Positions 24,196-32,676 of a stretch of DNA of 34,028 nucleotides are shown in pieces. This DNA is from a virus. Taxonomy: Duplodnaviria; Caudoviricetes. The stretch covers positions 1 through 34,028 of the IMG/VR virus record IMGVR_UViG_3300044210_000023; one strand, given 5' to 3'. The translations under genes were made by a program, and so were the position numbers. The notes beneath the pieces were generated by a model, which had not been told where the DNA came from, searched no databases, and saw nothing but the letters and a program-made list of their open reading frames with translations. Numbering within the stretch: position 1 is the first letter of the stretch; each line of letters opens with the position of its first letter.

Positions 24196-25338
24196 TTAGC
24201 GCTGGAAGATGATGGTTGGGGCGATGTACTGGAGAGCACCGGCGCCCACGAGGGCGACCGAGATTGCCGGAGCCTTGCGGGCCGCCCGGTCGCCCGCGGT
24301 CATGCTGGTGACCGGCTGCGCGTAGCAATAGAAGCCCTGCGGGACGTAGTCGCCCTGGTTCAGGTTGCCAAAGCCAGGGAACGACCACACGCCAGGCGCC
24401 GCAAGGCCGTTGCGGACAGCCTTCCGCAGGGTCGCCAGCCCGCCATTGATGATGGTCTGGCTTCCCTTGTCGGTCTGGGGCACGCGCTGCGAGCGGAGAA
24501 CGTTGAAGTAGTCGACCTGCAGGTTCGCCGCGAGCCAGTCGAGCGCAATGCCCTCGTCCTCGAAGCGTCCGTCGGCGGCGAGCCCGCGCTGCAGAACCTT
24601 CGACGACCCAATCATGCTGTACACGTTGCCGTTCAGCCCGACCGTGCTTCCGTCCGTCTTCCCGCAGATCGCATCGAACTGTGTCTGCGTGATCGAGGCT
24701 GCGCCGATGCCCGTGAAGTTGGCCTGCAGGCAGGTCATGAGGGAATTGGGCTGGTCGTAATTCGGGAACATGTAGAACGCCATCAGGGCGGCGTGGGCCA
24801 CGGCGTGGGCGTCGCTGGCCGCATCCGAGTAGATGCACATCGAGCGTGACATGCTCGTGTGCGACAGCGTGTACATCAGGCTCGTGGTGTCAGGCTGGGA
24901 CAGAACCGCCGCCTCCTGCGTGCAGCAGAAGAACCGGCGCCCATTCGCCTGCACCCAAGCGGCGACGAGCAGCTGGTCGGCGACCGCGACATCGGGAGAG
25001 CACGCCACGCCGTAGAAGGCTGGGTTGGCGTTCGCGCAGGCCGAAATCGCGGCGGTGTAGTCCGTGTCCGCTGCGACCTTGACCCCGACGAGCAGCGACT
25101 TCGGCTTGTGGTTGTCCTGGCCGAAGTACATCGAGGAGAAGTAGTTCACGTAGGTGTCCGCCGGGAACGCCGCCAGGACGTCCGCCGCGCTGGTGAACGA
25201 CTGCACGCGCCCCCCGGGCGGCAGGTTGGTCGCGTGGGTGAGCACCAGGCCAGCGTTGAAGCTTGGCGCGGCTTGCGCCGTCGCCGATAGAACCAGCGTA
25301 ACGGGAACGATGTTGTTCAGGGAAAGCGGTGCTGTCAT
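24196..25338 (-). CDS. Tail sheath protein (DUF3383-like), 380 aa
   Basis: DWLAANLQ, VPQTDKG, AVRNGLAAPG, GFY..AQP...DRAARKAP...AGA. Confidence 0.88.
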   Translation of the reverse strand: MTAPLSLNNIVPVTLVLSATAQAAPSFNAGLVLTHATNLPPGGRVQSFTSAADVLAAFPADTYVNYFSSMYFGQDNHKPKSLLVGVKVAADTDYTAAISACANANPAFYGVACSPDVAVADQLLVAAWVQANGRRFFCCTQEAAVLSQPDTTSLMYTLSHTSMSRSMCIYSDAASDAHAVAHAALMAFYMFPNYDQPNSLMTCLQANFTGIGAASITQTQFDAICGKTDGSTVGLNGNVYSMIGSSKVLQRGLAADGRFEDEGIALDWLAANLQVDYFNVLRSQRVPQTDKGSQTIINGGLATLRKAVRNGLAAPGVWSFPGFGNLNQGDYVPQGFYCYAQPVTSMTAGDRAARKAPAISVALVGAGALQYIAPTIIFQR

Positions 25339-25961
25339 GTGGTCACCTCAAGTGGGAATACGTCTGGCTGTGATCGCCCAGGCTGCCCGACCTGCACAGT
25401 TGCGGACGCCGAGCCGAACGATTCGAGCAGGAACTGCTCACGGTTCACGATCGTGAAGGTCATGCTGACGCCACCGCGATCCTCCCAAGTGGCGCCTCCT
25501 ACGATGGCACCGACATCGACGGGAGCACCGGAGTCCTCGAGGCCAAGTCCCATGCGCTCCATCAACTCCATCATCGACGAGGACGAAAGGCGTGAGTCTA
25601 GGCGAGCCGCCTTGTCCACGGCGGACAGCCCGAAAGTAGGAAGGTTTGCGCCGTCCTTGGGCAAGGCATGACGAAAGAACTGGATCGATGCCGTGAAAGC
25701 GTAGGTGTTCTCGATATTTTCGAACACCTTCGTGCTGCCCGTTGACGGATCGTCTTCATACCCGACGGACGACGTCCCGAAGTCCCCCGCCGGTCCAGAA
25801 ATTATCTTGACGGTCGCGAACTCGGTAACGGCGTTTCCCGTTGGGTATCCCTGATCGGCCGGCCGCACGCTGTTGTCTGGCATGTTGTACGCCGCTTGGA
25901 CGAGTCGCCGCACCAGATACGAACAGGCGTCAACGAAGGTCGGAGGAAGGTAGGCGCTCAC
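25335..25961 (-). CDS. Neck/tail terminator protein, 208 aa
   Basis: Position before sheath; VRPADQ..P, SIQFF, WEDR. Confidence 0.7.
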   Translation of the reverse strand: MSAYLPPTFVDACSYLVRRLVQAAYNMPDNSVRPADQGYPTGNAVTEFATVKIISGPAGDFGTSSVGYEDDPSTGSTKVFENIENTYAFTASIQFFRHALPKDGANLPTFGLSAVDKAARLDSRLSSSSMMELMERMGLGLEDSGAPVDVGAIVGGATWEDRGGVSMTFTIVNREQFLLESFGSASATVQVGQPGRSQPDVFPLEVTT

Positions 25962-26341
25962 GGCGCTCCGCCAGCCGGGCCCGGGAACAGTCGCTGCGCC
26001 AGAGCTCGGGTCATTCCGTGCTTGTCGAACGCGGCGACATGGAGAACTCGGTAGGTAACACCCGCGTCGTCTACGAGCAGATCGGGAAGCTGCCCCTGGC
26101 CGTCTCCAGGGCTGATATCCGACTTCGTGTAGAAGGCCTGCACGTCAGAGAGGCGAACGCCCTCGGGCAGGAACTGCGCATCTGCGGTCGCAGCCGGCTG
26201 CACGATTCCTGTCATGCGCTTGTCCGAATAGGAAGAGGTAGCGATCCCGGCGTTGGCCAGCGTGCTCGTTGGACGCCTTCGCGTGAAAGTGGTCGCTCCC
26301 AGATCTGGATCGGATAGCAGGCTTGAGACGTCGATCCTCAT
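25958..26341 (-). CDS. Head-closure/head-tail adaptor, 127 aa
   Basis: LLSDPDL, GIVQPA, FLPEGVR, YRV. Confidence 0.75.
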   Translation of the reverse strand: MRIDVSSLLSDPDLGATTFTRRRPTSTLANAGIATSSYSDKRMTGIVQPAATADAQFLPEGVRLSDVQAFYTKSDISPGDGQGQLPDLLVDDAGVTYRVLHVAAFDKHGMTRALAQRLFPGPAGGAP

Positions 26342-27051
26342 CCGACAACCCGAGCCTTCCTCGACTGCTTACCTTCCAAAACATAGGTGATGGACTGCCG
26401 CATAGACCCCGTGTCGATGAGCGGCCGGGACGATCCCTTGCGCTCGATTGTTTTCAAGCTGTTCGGCACGAATTTCCCAACCACGAATTCGCGCTTGACC
26501 TCTCCGACCGCGACAACCCCCAGCATCTCGATCGACTCGTCGATTCCCTTCTCGCCCAGGACAACCGCGCGAAGATTCGCCACGTTCAGCTTGTGAAACT
26601 TGGGCGTTCCTCTGCGAATTCCTCCACGAAGAAATGGGCGCTCGGGAATACCCTGTTCCGGGCATCCGAATTCGTGCGTGGCCGCAACCATGGCCATCGA
26701 GATCGGCTCGGCCGCTTTCTCCGCGAGCTTCGCGGCGCCCTTGCGTGCGGACTCTGCCGCATTCTGAATCGCAATGCTTCGGTGCTTTCTGAAAACGCCG
26801 CGGAGAGGTCCTTCCTCAATCTCCTCGTCCGTCGCCATGAACTCTCGCGCTGCCTGCGCTTTCGCGCGCTTGATGGCGCCGGCGGTCCTGGTCGACACGA
26901 AACGCTTCTGTTCCTTCTGGCCGCGCTGGTGCTTCCCTTCCTCCATCGCTCCTGCCGGAACTCCCACCAGCACGCTTCGATTTGCGTCCCTCATGCGCTC
27001 CATGAGCGCCTTGAGCCCGGGAAGGTCCCCACCTTTCACATCGACGTGCAT
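26338..27051 (-). CDS. Neck/tail-completion protein, 237 aa, with internal insertion
   Basis: VLVGVP, HEFG...IPERPFLR, KGSSRPLIDTGSMRQSITY. Confidence 0.82.
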   Translation of the reverse strand: MHVDVKGGDLPGLKALMERMRDANRSVLVGVPAGAMEEGKHQRGQKEQKRFVSTRTAGAIKRAKAQAAREFMATDEEIEEGPLRGVFRKHRSIAIQNAAESARKGAAKLAEKAAEPISMAMVAATHEFGCPEQGIPERPFLRGGIRRGTPKFHKLNVANLRAVVLGEKGIDESIEMLGVVAVGEVKREFVVGKFVPNSLKTIERKGSSRPLIDTGSMRQSITYVLEGKQSRKARVVG

Positions 27052-27413
27052 TACACAGCCAAGCCTCCGAAGCCGACCTTCCCGCGCAAATACACGTACT
27101 TCTGTCCATACGTCGTCCGCATGAACGGGTTTTTTGCCTGCGCGTTCAGCAATTGACTGTCTCTGGTCATGCCAACGGGGCCGACGTGCTTCTCAGTCAC
27201 GTCATTCGCATTGAGCTGGTCTGTCGGCTGCGCCCCTTCCGCGTTGTCCACCACGATCGAATGCGCGACCCAATTGGCGATGCCTTCCGGGTAGAATGCG
27301 CCCCACCGCTCCACGTTGAAGTAGGGCGCCGCCAAATTCAGGAGTGCCTGAATCCGCTCGTCGCTCTCTCCCATGAATTTCGGAAAGAGCGCTTTGAACC
27401 CGGAAGGCGTCAC
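27051..27413 (-). CDS. Head-tail connector (DUF4054-like), 120 aa
   Basis: FKALFPKF, W...VAH, TTYGQKY; follows capsid. Confidence 0.82.
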   Translation of the reverse strand: MTPSGFKALFPKFMGESDERIQALLNLAAPYFNVERWGAFYPEGIANWVAHSIVVDNAEGAQPTDQLNANDVTEKHVGPVGMTRDSQLLNAQAKNPFMRTTYGQKYVYLRGKVGFGGLAV

Positions 27414-27419
27414 GGATTG

Positions 27420-28520
27420 CTACGTCCCGGACGACTCGTCCTGGAAGACCATCGTCTTGATGTATCGGACGTTGAGCCCAGCATACCGGTACCAGCCGGG
27501 CACGAAGATGTCCAAGCCTTCGGGCTGGGGGGCCAAGAAACGAATGGGCATCGGAACGTGCATGACCATGCGGTTCTTGTCGTTGCGGTAGAACACGTTC
27601 CGCGGGCATGCGGCGCCACCAGTGTACTTCGCCCCGGCGGTGTCGGCCTGGTAGATCGGAACGATGTTCAGCTTCTCGCCGGTGCGAGACGTGGTCATGT
27701 TGCTCTCGAGCACAAGGTCGATGAGCCGCTTCGTGCCGAGGGAGTTGTACCGGCTGTTGAGGGCAGCGTACGACTTCGGCGCCATTCCGATCGTGTTCGG
27801 CAGTACGACGAAGTTCGTGCCAGCCCAGTACGCGTAGATACCGTTGTTGATGTCGGCGAGAACCTGGTCGACGGTGGCCGTGGTATCCCACAGTCCGGTG
27901 AATCCAGCCGTCCCCTTGTTGATGGTCGTGACGCCTGGGTAGTTGAGCAGGCCGTTGAAGCTGGCCTGTCCAGCAACGTCGGTGCGCTCTCCCACCATGG
28001 CCACCTGGTTCAGGTGCCGCTCGGACATCTCGATCGCTGTCGTCATGCGCTCTGCAGGCAGCGGACGGATCTGCCGCGCGGCCTGAATGAGCTCAAGCTG
28101 CGAGTAGCGGTACGCCGCCCCGCCGTCGACCACCGCGATTTCGACCTGACCAGCCGACACATCGGACGTCGGAATGTCCTTGGAAGCGCCGTTGATGCGC
28201 TTGCCCTGCCCGACGTGGTCGTAGATCTGATAGCGGACGGTCGCCGCATCTGGGCCCGCCTCGGCAGTGATCGGAACCAGTTGGCGAAACTGAGCCTCCT
28301 GGTATTCGCGTGCGTAGGTCTGCGCCTCGGTGTAAGCGAGTTGCGAGACCATGAACGCGATCGACTCCGCAGAGTCTTGCGCGAGAAGGATCGCGTTGCT
28401 CGTGCTGCGGAAGCTGTGAAGCAACCCTTCCTTGATCGTCTGCATTCGCGCTTCGTCGAGCGCCACCATCCTCGGTTGGCAGGATTCCGTATCGACGACC
28501 TGTACTGTTCGCATTCCCAT
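27420..28520 (-). CDS. Major capsid protein (DUF2184/encapsulin-like HK97 fold), 366 aa
   Basis: SQLAYTE, YSQLEL..A, GLLNYP, VPMPIRFLAPQ. Confidence 0.9.
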   Translation of the reverse strand: MGMRTVQVVDTESCQPRMVALDEARMQTIKEGLLHSFRSTSNAILLAQDSAESIAFMVSQLAYTEAQTYAREYQEAQFRQLVPITAEAGPDAATVRYQIYDHVGQGKRINGASKDIPTSDVSAGQVEIAVVDGGAAYRYSQLELIQAARQIRPLPAERMTTAIEMSERHLNQVAMVGERTDVAGQASFNGLLNYPGVTTINKGTAGFTGLWDTTATVDQVLADINNGIYAYWAGTNFVVLPNTIGMAPKSYAALNSRYNSLGTKRLIDLVLESNMTTSRTGEKLNIVPIYQADTAGAKYTGGAACPRNVFYRNDKNRMVMHVPMPIRFLAPQPEGLDIFVPGWYRYAGLNVRYIKTMVFQDESSGT

Positions 28521-28536
28521 GATTGCTTTCTCCTGC

Positions 28537-29061
28537 CTAGGTGGTCTTCGGGTTGTTGACGCCAGTGAGGCGCACGAGACCGACGCTCCCAGCGGTGACG
28601 GCGTTCACCCAGTGAGCCCCGGGCATGGCGACGCGGCCGGCCCCGGCCACGCCAGAAGTAGGGCCGCTGAGCTTTCCTCCCTGTGCGGTCACGCTGAGGA
28701 CCTGGTCACCGGCGCTCACGTTCTCGTAGGCGATGGCGTAGATGTCGCCCAGATAGGCGATAGGCACGGACATGCTGGACGCGTAGCCAACCTTGCCAGC
28801 GGAGGTTGCCACCATGGTCGGGTGGCGAACCGTGAGCCCGATGGGGAGGTCTCCGTCGGCCGCGATGCGCTTGCAGCAACCAGCCTTGGTGCCGCGGGCA
28901 ACCGCGATGCCGAAGTCGAGCATGCCAGCGCTGTCATCGCCTCCGGTAGTGGTTTCATTGTCGAGCGACGTGATCGACGATTCGGTTGCGTTCGCAATCT
29001 GTCCGGCATAGCCAATGTCGAACAGGGTGCCGCCGAACGTTGCGAGAGATGCGACAGACAT
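28537..29061 (-). CDS. Capsid cement/decoration protein, 174 aa
   Basis: GYAGQIA, DFGIAV, GDIY; between scaffold and capsid. Confidence 0.8.
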   Translation of the reverse strand: MSVASLATFGGTLFDIGYAGQIANATESSITSLDNETTTGGDDSAGMLDFGIAVARGTKAGCCKRIAADGDLPIGLTVRHPTMVATSAGKVGYASSMSVPIAYLGDIYAIAYENVSAGDQVLSVTAQGGKLSGPTSGVAGAGRVAMPGAHWVNAVTAGSVGLVRLTGVNNPKTT

Positions 29062-29085
29062 TTGCAGTCTCCTTGCTGGCGCCCG

Positions 29086-30288
29086 CTAGGCGGCCTTCTT
29101 GGGGTGGGTGAGGTTGTGGCAATAGAGGGCGTAGCCACTGATCTGCTCGCCCGCATCGTTTGCCGTGTTCGCAGTGGCACCGCTACCGGAGCCAGCGCCC
29201 AATAGCGCAGCCGCAATTGCGTTGTCTGTTGCGAGCGTCCCATTGGACTTGGCCACAGAGCGCGCAGCCGCAAATGCCGCCCGCACGATATCTGCGCTCG
29301 CCTTGTCGATGGCAACGCCGCCAAGCGCGGCGTCGGCGACCGTCTTCACGGACGCGTTCTTCGGGCTTGCAGCGGTGATTGCTTCACGACGGATCTGGTC
29401 GACCGTCTTGCCTTCCACCTTCAGATCCGGAGCGAGAACCGCCGCATCGGCGACCACGGTCGAACGCTCTTCGGCCATGGCTTCGATCTGCGCCGCCGTC
29501 GGGGCCTTGGCCTTCAGCTCCTTGTTCTCGCCATCAGCGGCGGTGAGCTTCGTGGTCAATTCCTTGACCTGCGTCTCTGCCGTATCGGCCCGCTTCTCCG
29601 CGGCCGTGGCGCGCGTGAGCGCATCCGCGGCGTCGGCTGCCAGTTTCGTGTTTTGGGCTTGCTGCTCTTCGACGGCGGCAGCCGCCACCTCGTCGAGATC
29701 GAACGGCAGCTTACCCACCATTACCCTTCGGGTTCCCATGGTGCGCTCCTTGCTATCGGCGACTTTGCAATCGGGGCCGCCGCGCCCCCTATCGACGACC
29801 GCGGTGTGATTGCCCTGGATGTCGACCATCCAACCGTCAACCGCTTCACCCGTTGGCGTTGTCTTCTTGCTTTCGTCGATCTTGAATCGGTAGCCGTTGC
29901 TCAGTCCGGACTTGCCGGACATGATCGCGTCGACGGCCTTCTTGTCCCGCACAGTCAGCGTTGCCTGCATGTCGTCTCCGACCATGCAGACGTTGCGCGT
30001 GTCGCCAACGGCGTAATTCTTCCAATTGTCGGAATTGATCCACTTGCCCGGGGGATGATCGTTTGTGACGGGTGCGCCTTCAAACGTCGGGGCCGACTTG
30101 GTCACTTCGTCGAGAGGTCGATACAGTCTCACCAAGCGACTTGGATCGCCATCGAGTCCAAGCTCTCCAGCACGATAGGTCTGGACGTTATTTGCCTTCG
30201 CAATCACACCAGGCGTGACTAGAAAGCCGGCGTCGTTGATCGCGCGCTGACTGGCCAGGAACAGATCGGAGGCAAAGCACTCGCGCAT
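29086..30288 (-). CDS. DUF2213-family prohead protease/scaffold, 400 aa
   Basis: GFL, PVTNDHP, LSNGY, NHTAVVDRGRGG; Ala-rich coiled-coil C-terminus. Confidence 0.9.
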   Translation of the reverse strand: MRECFASDLFLASQRAINDAGFLVTPGVIAKANNVQTYRAGELGLDGDPSRLVRLYRPLDEVTKSAPTFEGAPVTNDHPPGKWINSDNWKNYAVGDTRNVCMVGDDMQATLTVRDKKAVDAIMSGKSGLSNGYRFKIDESKKTTPTGEAVDGWMVDIQGNHTAVVDRGRGGPDCKVADSKERTMGTRRVMVGKLPFDLDEVAAAAVEEQQAQNTKLAADAADALTRATAAEKRADTAETQVKELTTKLTAADGENKELKAKAPTAAQIEAMAEERSTVVADAAVLAPDLKVEGKTVDQIRREAITAASPKNASVKTVADAALGGVAIDKASADIVRAAFAAARSVAKSNGTLATDNAIAAALLGAGSGSGATANTANDAGEQISGYALYCHNLTHPKKAA

Positions 30289-31196
30289 TACGCCGCCTCC
30301 TGGATGTCGGGTTGGGCGACCGCTTCAACGGCGATCTGCATCTCTTCCATATCGACGATGGGAATTGCCGTGCACCTGCAGTTGATCGCCTCCCCCGCGT
30401 GCACCGGCTCATCGTCAACGATTGGCGGGTCATCCCAACGGCACTCTTTTCCATCCATGTCGGCATGGCTAGGCCGGACGCGCTCATCTTCCGATGTGCT
30501 CCACTCATATCGTTCAATTCCGACCTGCTGCTGGCGCTCCTGGTTGAACGCCGAATTCATCTTGCTGGTCTGGTCGCGCGCGATGAGCTTGGCGCGCCTC
30601 TCCGTCACTTCGCCGTCGCGCTGGACTTGTTCAACCAACGACTCCCAACGGATCCCCTGAACCCAGCCTCCAGTGATCGTTTCGCTGACTCGGCCGAGAT
30701 ACTGGTCCGGGATCGACTTGATGAGATCGACGTTGACAGCGGTCGCCTGGCGCATCGTCTGCAGCAGCGGGCCGTTGGCCTTGAGCAGACTGGACACATC
30801 GACTCCGATGGCGCGCTTGATTGCTTCGGCCAGTCGCTCGTCAACGGTATCTCGATTGGCCTCGGCAGCGAGGCCGGCCATCTTCTTCGCCCAAGTGTCG
30901 AGGCCACCGAGTTGGCCCTTCACCCGGTGGATGAAGTTCACCAGCTCGGAGGAGATACTGTCGGCTACGATGTGGCTGTCGCCCACGCGCTCCGGCCAGT
31001 GGCTTCGTAGCTTGGACAGCTCTCTCTCAACCAGCGAGCGGCAGTGCTTCACCAGCCCAAGAAGCCTATCCTTGTAGGCGAGCTCGCTCTTGCGGCTCTG
31101 ACGAACAGGGCGCAACCTGCGCGTGGGGCGCGCGCGTGGGTGGCGCGGCCGATGTCCGCGCGCCGCCTGAGCCAGAATTGCAATGTGCAGCCCCAC
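30288..31196 (-). CDS. Minor head morphogenesis protein (Mu gpF/SPP1 gp7 family), 302 aa
   Basis: RAKLIARDQTSK, YEWSTSEDERVRPSH, GEAINCRC. Confidence 0.92.
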   Translation of the reverse strand: MGLHIAILAQAARGHRPRHPRARPTRRLRPVRQSRKSELAYKDRLLGLVKHCRSLVERELSKLRSHWPERVGDSHIVADSISSELVNFIHRVKGQLGGLDTWAKKMAGLAAEANRDTVDERLAEAIKRAIGVDVSSLLKANGPLLQTMRQATAVNVDLIKSIPDQYLGRVSETITGGWVQGIRWESLVEQVQRDGEVTERRAKLIARDQTSKMNSAFNQERQQQVGIERYEWSTSEDERVRPSHADMDGKECRWDDPPIVDDEPVHAGEAINCRCTAIPIVDMEEMQIAVEAVAQPDIQEAA

Positions 31197-31255
31197 GCTT
31201 CAATGGTCGAAGCGGTGGCGCCGTTGGATTAGCTATTTCCTCGGTTGGTCTTCCG

Positions 31256-31294
31256 ATTCATGTTCACATGTGCATGTGCATGTCACATGTGAAC
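31256..31294. promoter_or_regulatory. Palindromic CATGTG-rich operator between divergent genes
   Basis: Perfect 11-bp inverted repeat GTTCACATGTG(31262)/CACATGTGAAC(31284) with internal CATGTG tandem copies. Confidence 0.7.
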
Positions 31295-31322
31295 GACCGC
31301 AATTGAACGAGGAACCACTGCA

Positions 31323-31538
31323 ATGATGGCGAAGGCGGATTGCTACCTGCCACAGGACCTGCGCGATCGCGTGGGCACGCTCATCGCCGCCAAGGGGCTT
31401 GTGATGGCTGCAAAATTGCTCGGGGTTGCCGTCGTAACCCTGAAGTGCGCCAACGCGGGACTGCCGATTCAGCGGGGCACGCTCGCGCTGCTCGGCCAAA
31501 GGGTTGCTGAGCGCGATGCTACTGGAAGGGTGCCATGA
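31323..31538 (+). CDS. Small HTH-like DNA-binding protein, 71 aa
   Basis: GLVMAAKLLGVAVVTL; GAGGA SD. Confidence 0.65.
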   Translation: MMAKADCYLPQDLRDRVGTLIAAKGLVMAAKLLGVAVVTLKCANAGLPIQRGTLALLGQRVAERDATGRVP

Positions 31539-31870
31539 TCATGAAAATCCAGACCGGAGGCTCTGGCTGGCGCGGTACTTGGGCACACGACCTGAACACC
31601 TGGACCTGGCGGTCTCTCCGCAGGAGATGGGCGCTCTGGCTATTCCTGCGATCCTCGCGCAAGCTCGGGACGAAGAAAACGTTCAGGTACGACATTCCAG
31701 AGCACTTCAACTGCAGGTGCGTGGTCACGCCGATGGACGAACTTACCGATCCAGAATCCGACGGAAATGGCGGCTCAGGTGAGCGCCCCATCAGCGCAGT
31801 TCATCATGCCGAAACCACCAGCCGCGGACGCTGCCCGATGCTAGCCTCCGACTTCTGCAGGAATTCCTGA
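31535..31870 (+). CDS. Hypothetical protein with MuF-like HFNCRC motif, 111 aa
   Basis: ATGA overlap with HTH gene; overlaps the convergent gene by 67 bp. Confidence 0.45.
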   Translation: MIMKIQTGGSGWRGTWAHDLNTWTWRSLRRRWALWLFLRSSRKLGTKKTFRYDIPEHFNCRCVVTPMDELTDPESDGNGGSGERPISAVHHAETTSRGRCPMLASDFCRNS

Positions 31871-32235
31871 TAGTCCGCGCGAAATACTTCTCCCGGTAGG
31901 ACTTGGTGGCCAACTACAGGCTCGTCTCTCGTGCGCATAGGGGCAAGCCAAGAGCTCAGCATCACCAACACGAAATCGCATTTCTCCGGAGGCAACGGCT
32001 TGCCCAGGACGTGTAGCTCGGAGCCGGCTGGTACCTTCTCCCACGCCCCTTCGTCAGAACGTCGCCATTGCTTCTCTCCGTCCACTTCGCGAGCATCGAC
32101 CTCTCTCACGAGCAGCACATTGCGCTTCGGCGACACGCGGCCGACGATGTTCACCTCGTGCATGCGATCGTTCGGAGGGAAACTGGGCAGCGTCTTGATC
32201 ATCAGAGCGGCGATATTGTCTCGGGCTTCACCCAT
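31804..32235 (-). CDS. Hypothetical protein, 143 aa
   Basis: GAGGAGG SD; 3 nt after upstream stop. Confidence 0.7.
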   Translation of the reverse strand: MGEARDNIAALMIKTLPSFPPNDRMHEVNIVGRVSPKRNVLLVREVDAREVDGEKQWRRSDEGAWEKVPAGSELHVLGKPLPPEKCDFVLVMLSSWLAPMRTRDEPVVGHQVLPGEVFRADYQEFLQKSEASIGQRPRLVVSA

Positions 32236-32238
32236 GGC

Positions 32239-32526
32239 CTACCTCCTCGTTCCCGTGGCCAACATCTCTGCGTCGACCATGATCTGGCACATGCGGTCCC
32301 CGACAAACGATGCGACCCAAACATCTCCCTGCTTCTGCTCGATTTGAATAGGCTGCAGGACGTGGCCAGGGCGCAGCCCAAGGCGATTGATGGCGCGATC
32401 CGGGATGACTACTCCCTCCCAGATCTGACCAACTTCGATTGCTGGATCTGGCGTTGGCCGCTGAGTTTCTACAGGTGGCGGTGTCACCTGTCGCCCGTCT
32501 GGGCGCGCGAGTCCGTGCTTGCTCAT
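32239..32526 (-). CDS. Hypothetical protein, 95 aa (MSKHGLARP...)
   Basis: GAGGA SD before ATG 32526. Confidence 0.65.
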   Translation of the reverse strand: MSKHGLARPDGRQVTPPPVETQRPTPDPAIEVGQIWEGVVIPDRAINRLGLRPGHVLQPIQIEQKQGDVWVASFVGDRMCQIMVDAEMLATGTRR

Positions 32527-32676
32527 GTTGTCCTCAATCCGACCTGCTCGACCGCGCGCATGCGTTCCCGAGTTTGCGAGACACCGAGGGCGAGCACGCG
32601 GCCGAGCACGACGGATCTGGAATGGTGTCTCGCATGCAAGAAGGCTAGGCCACATCCGAATCCGTCGAAGGAAATC

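Noticed and set aside
16386-31196. Tailocin/contractile injection system or encapsulin locus rather than a phage
   Set aside because: Full head module (MuF, protease/scaffold, cement, capsid, head-tail adaptors) is linked to the tail, indicating a DNA-packaging virion
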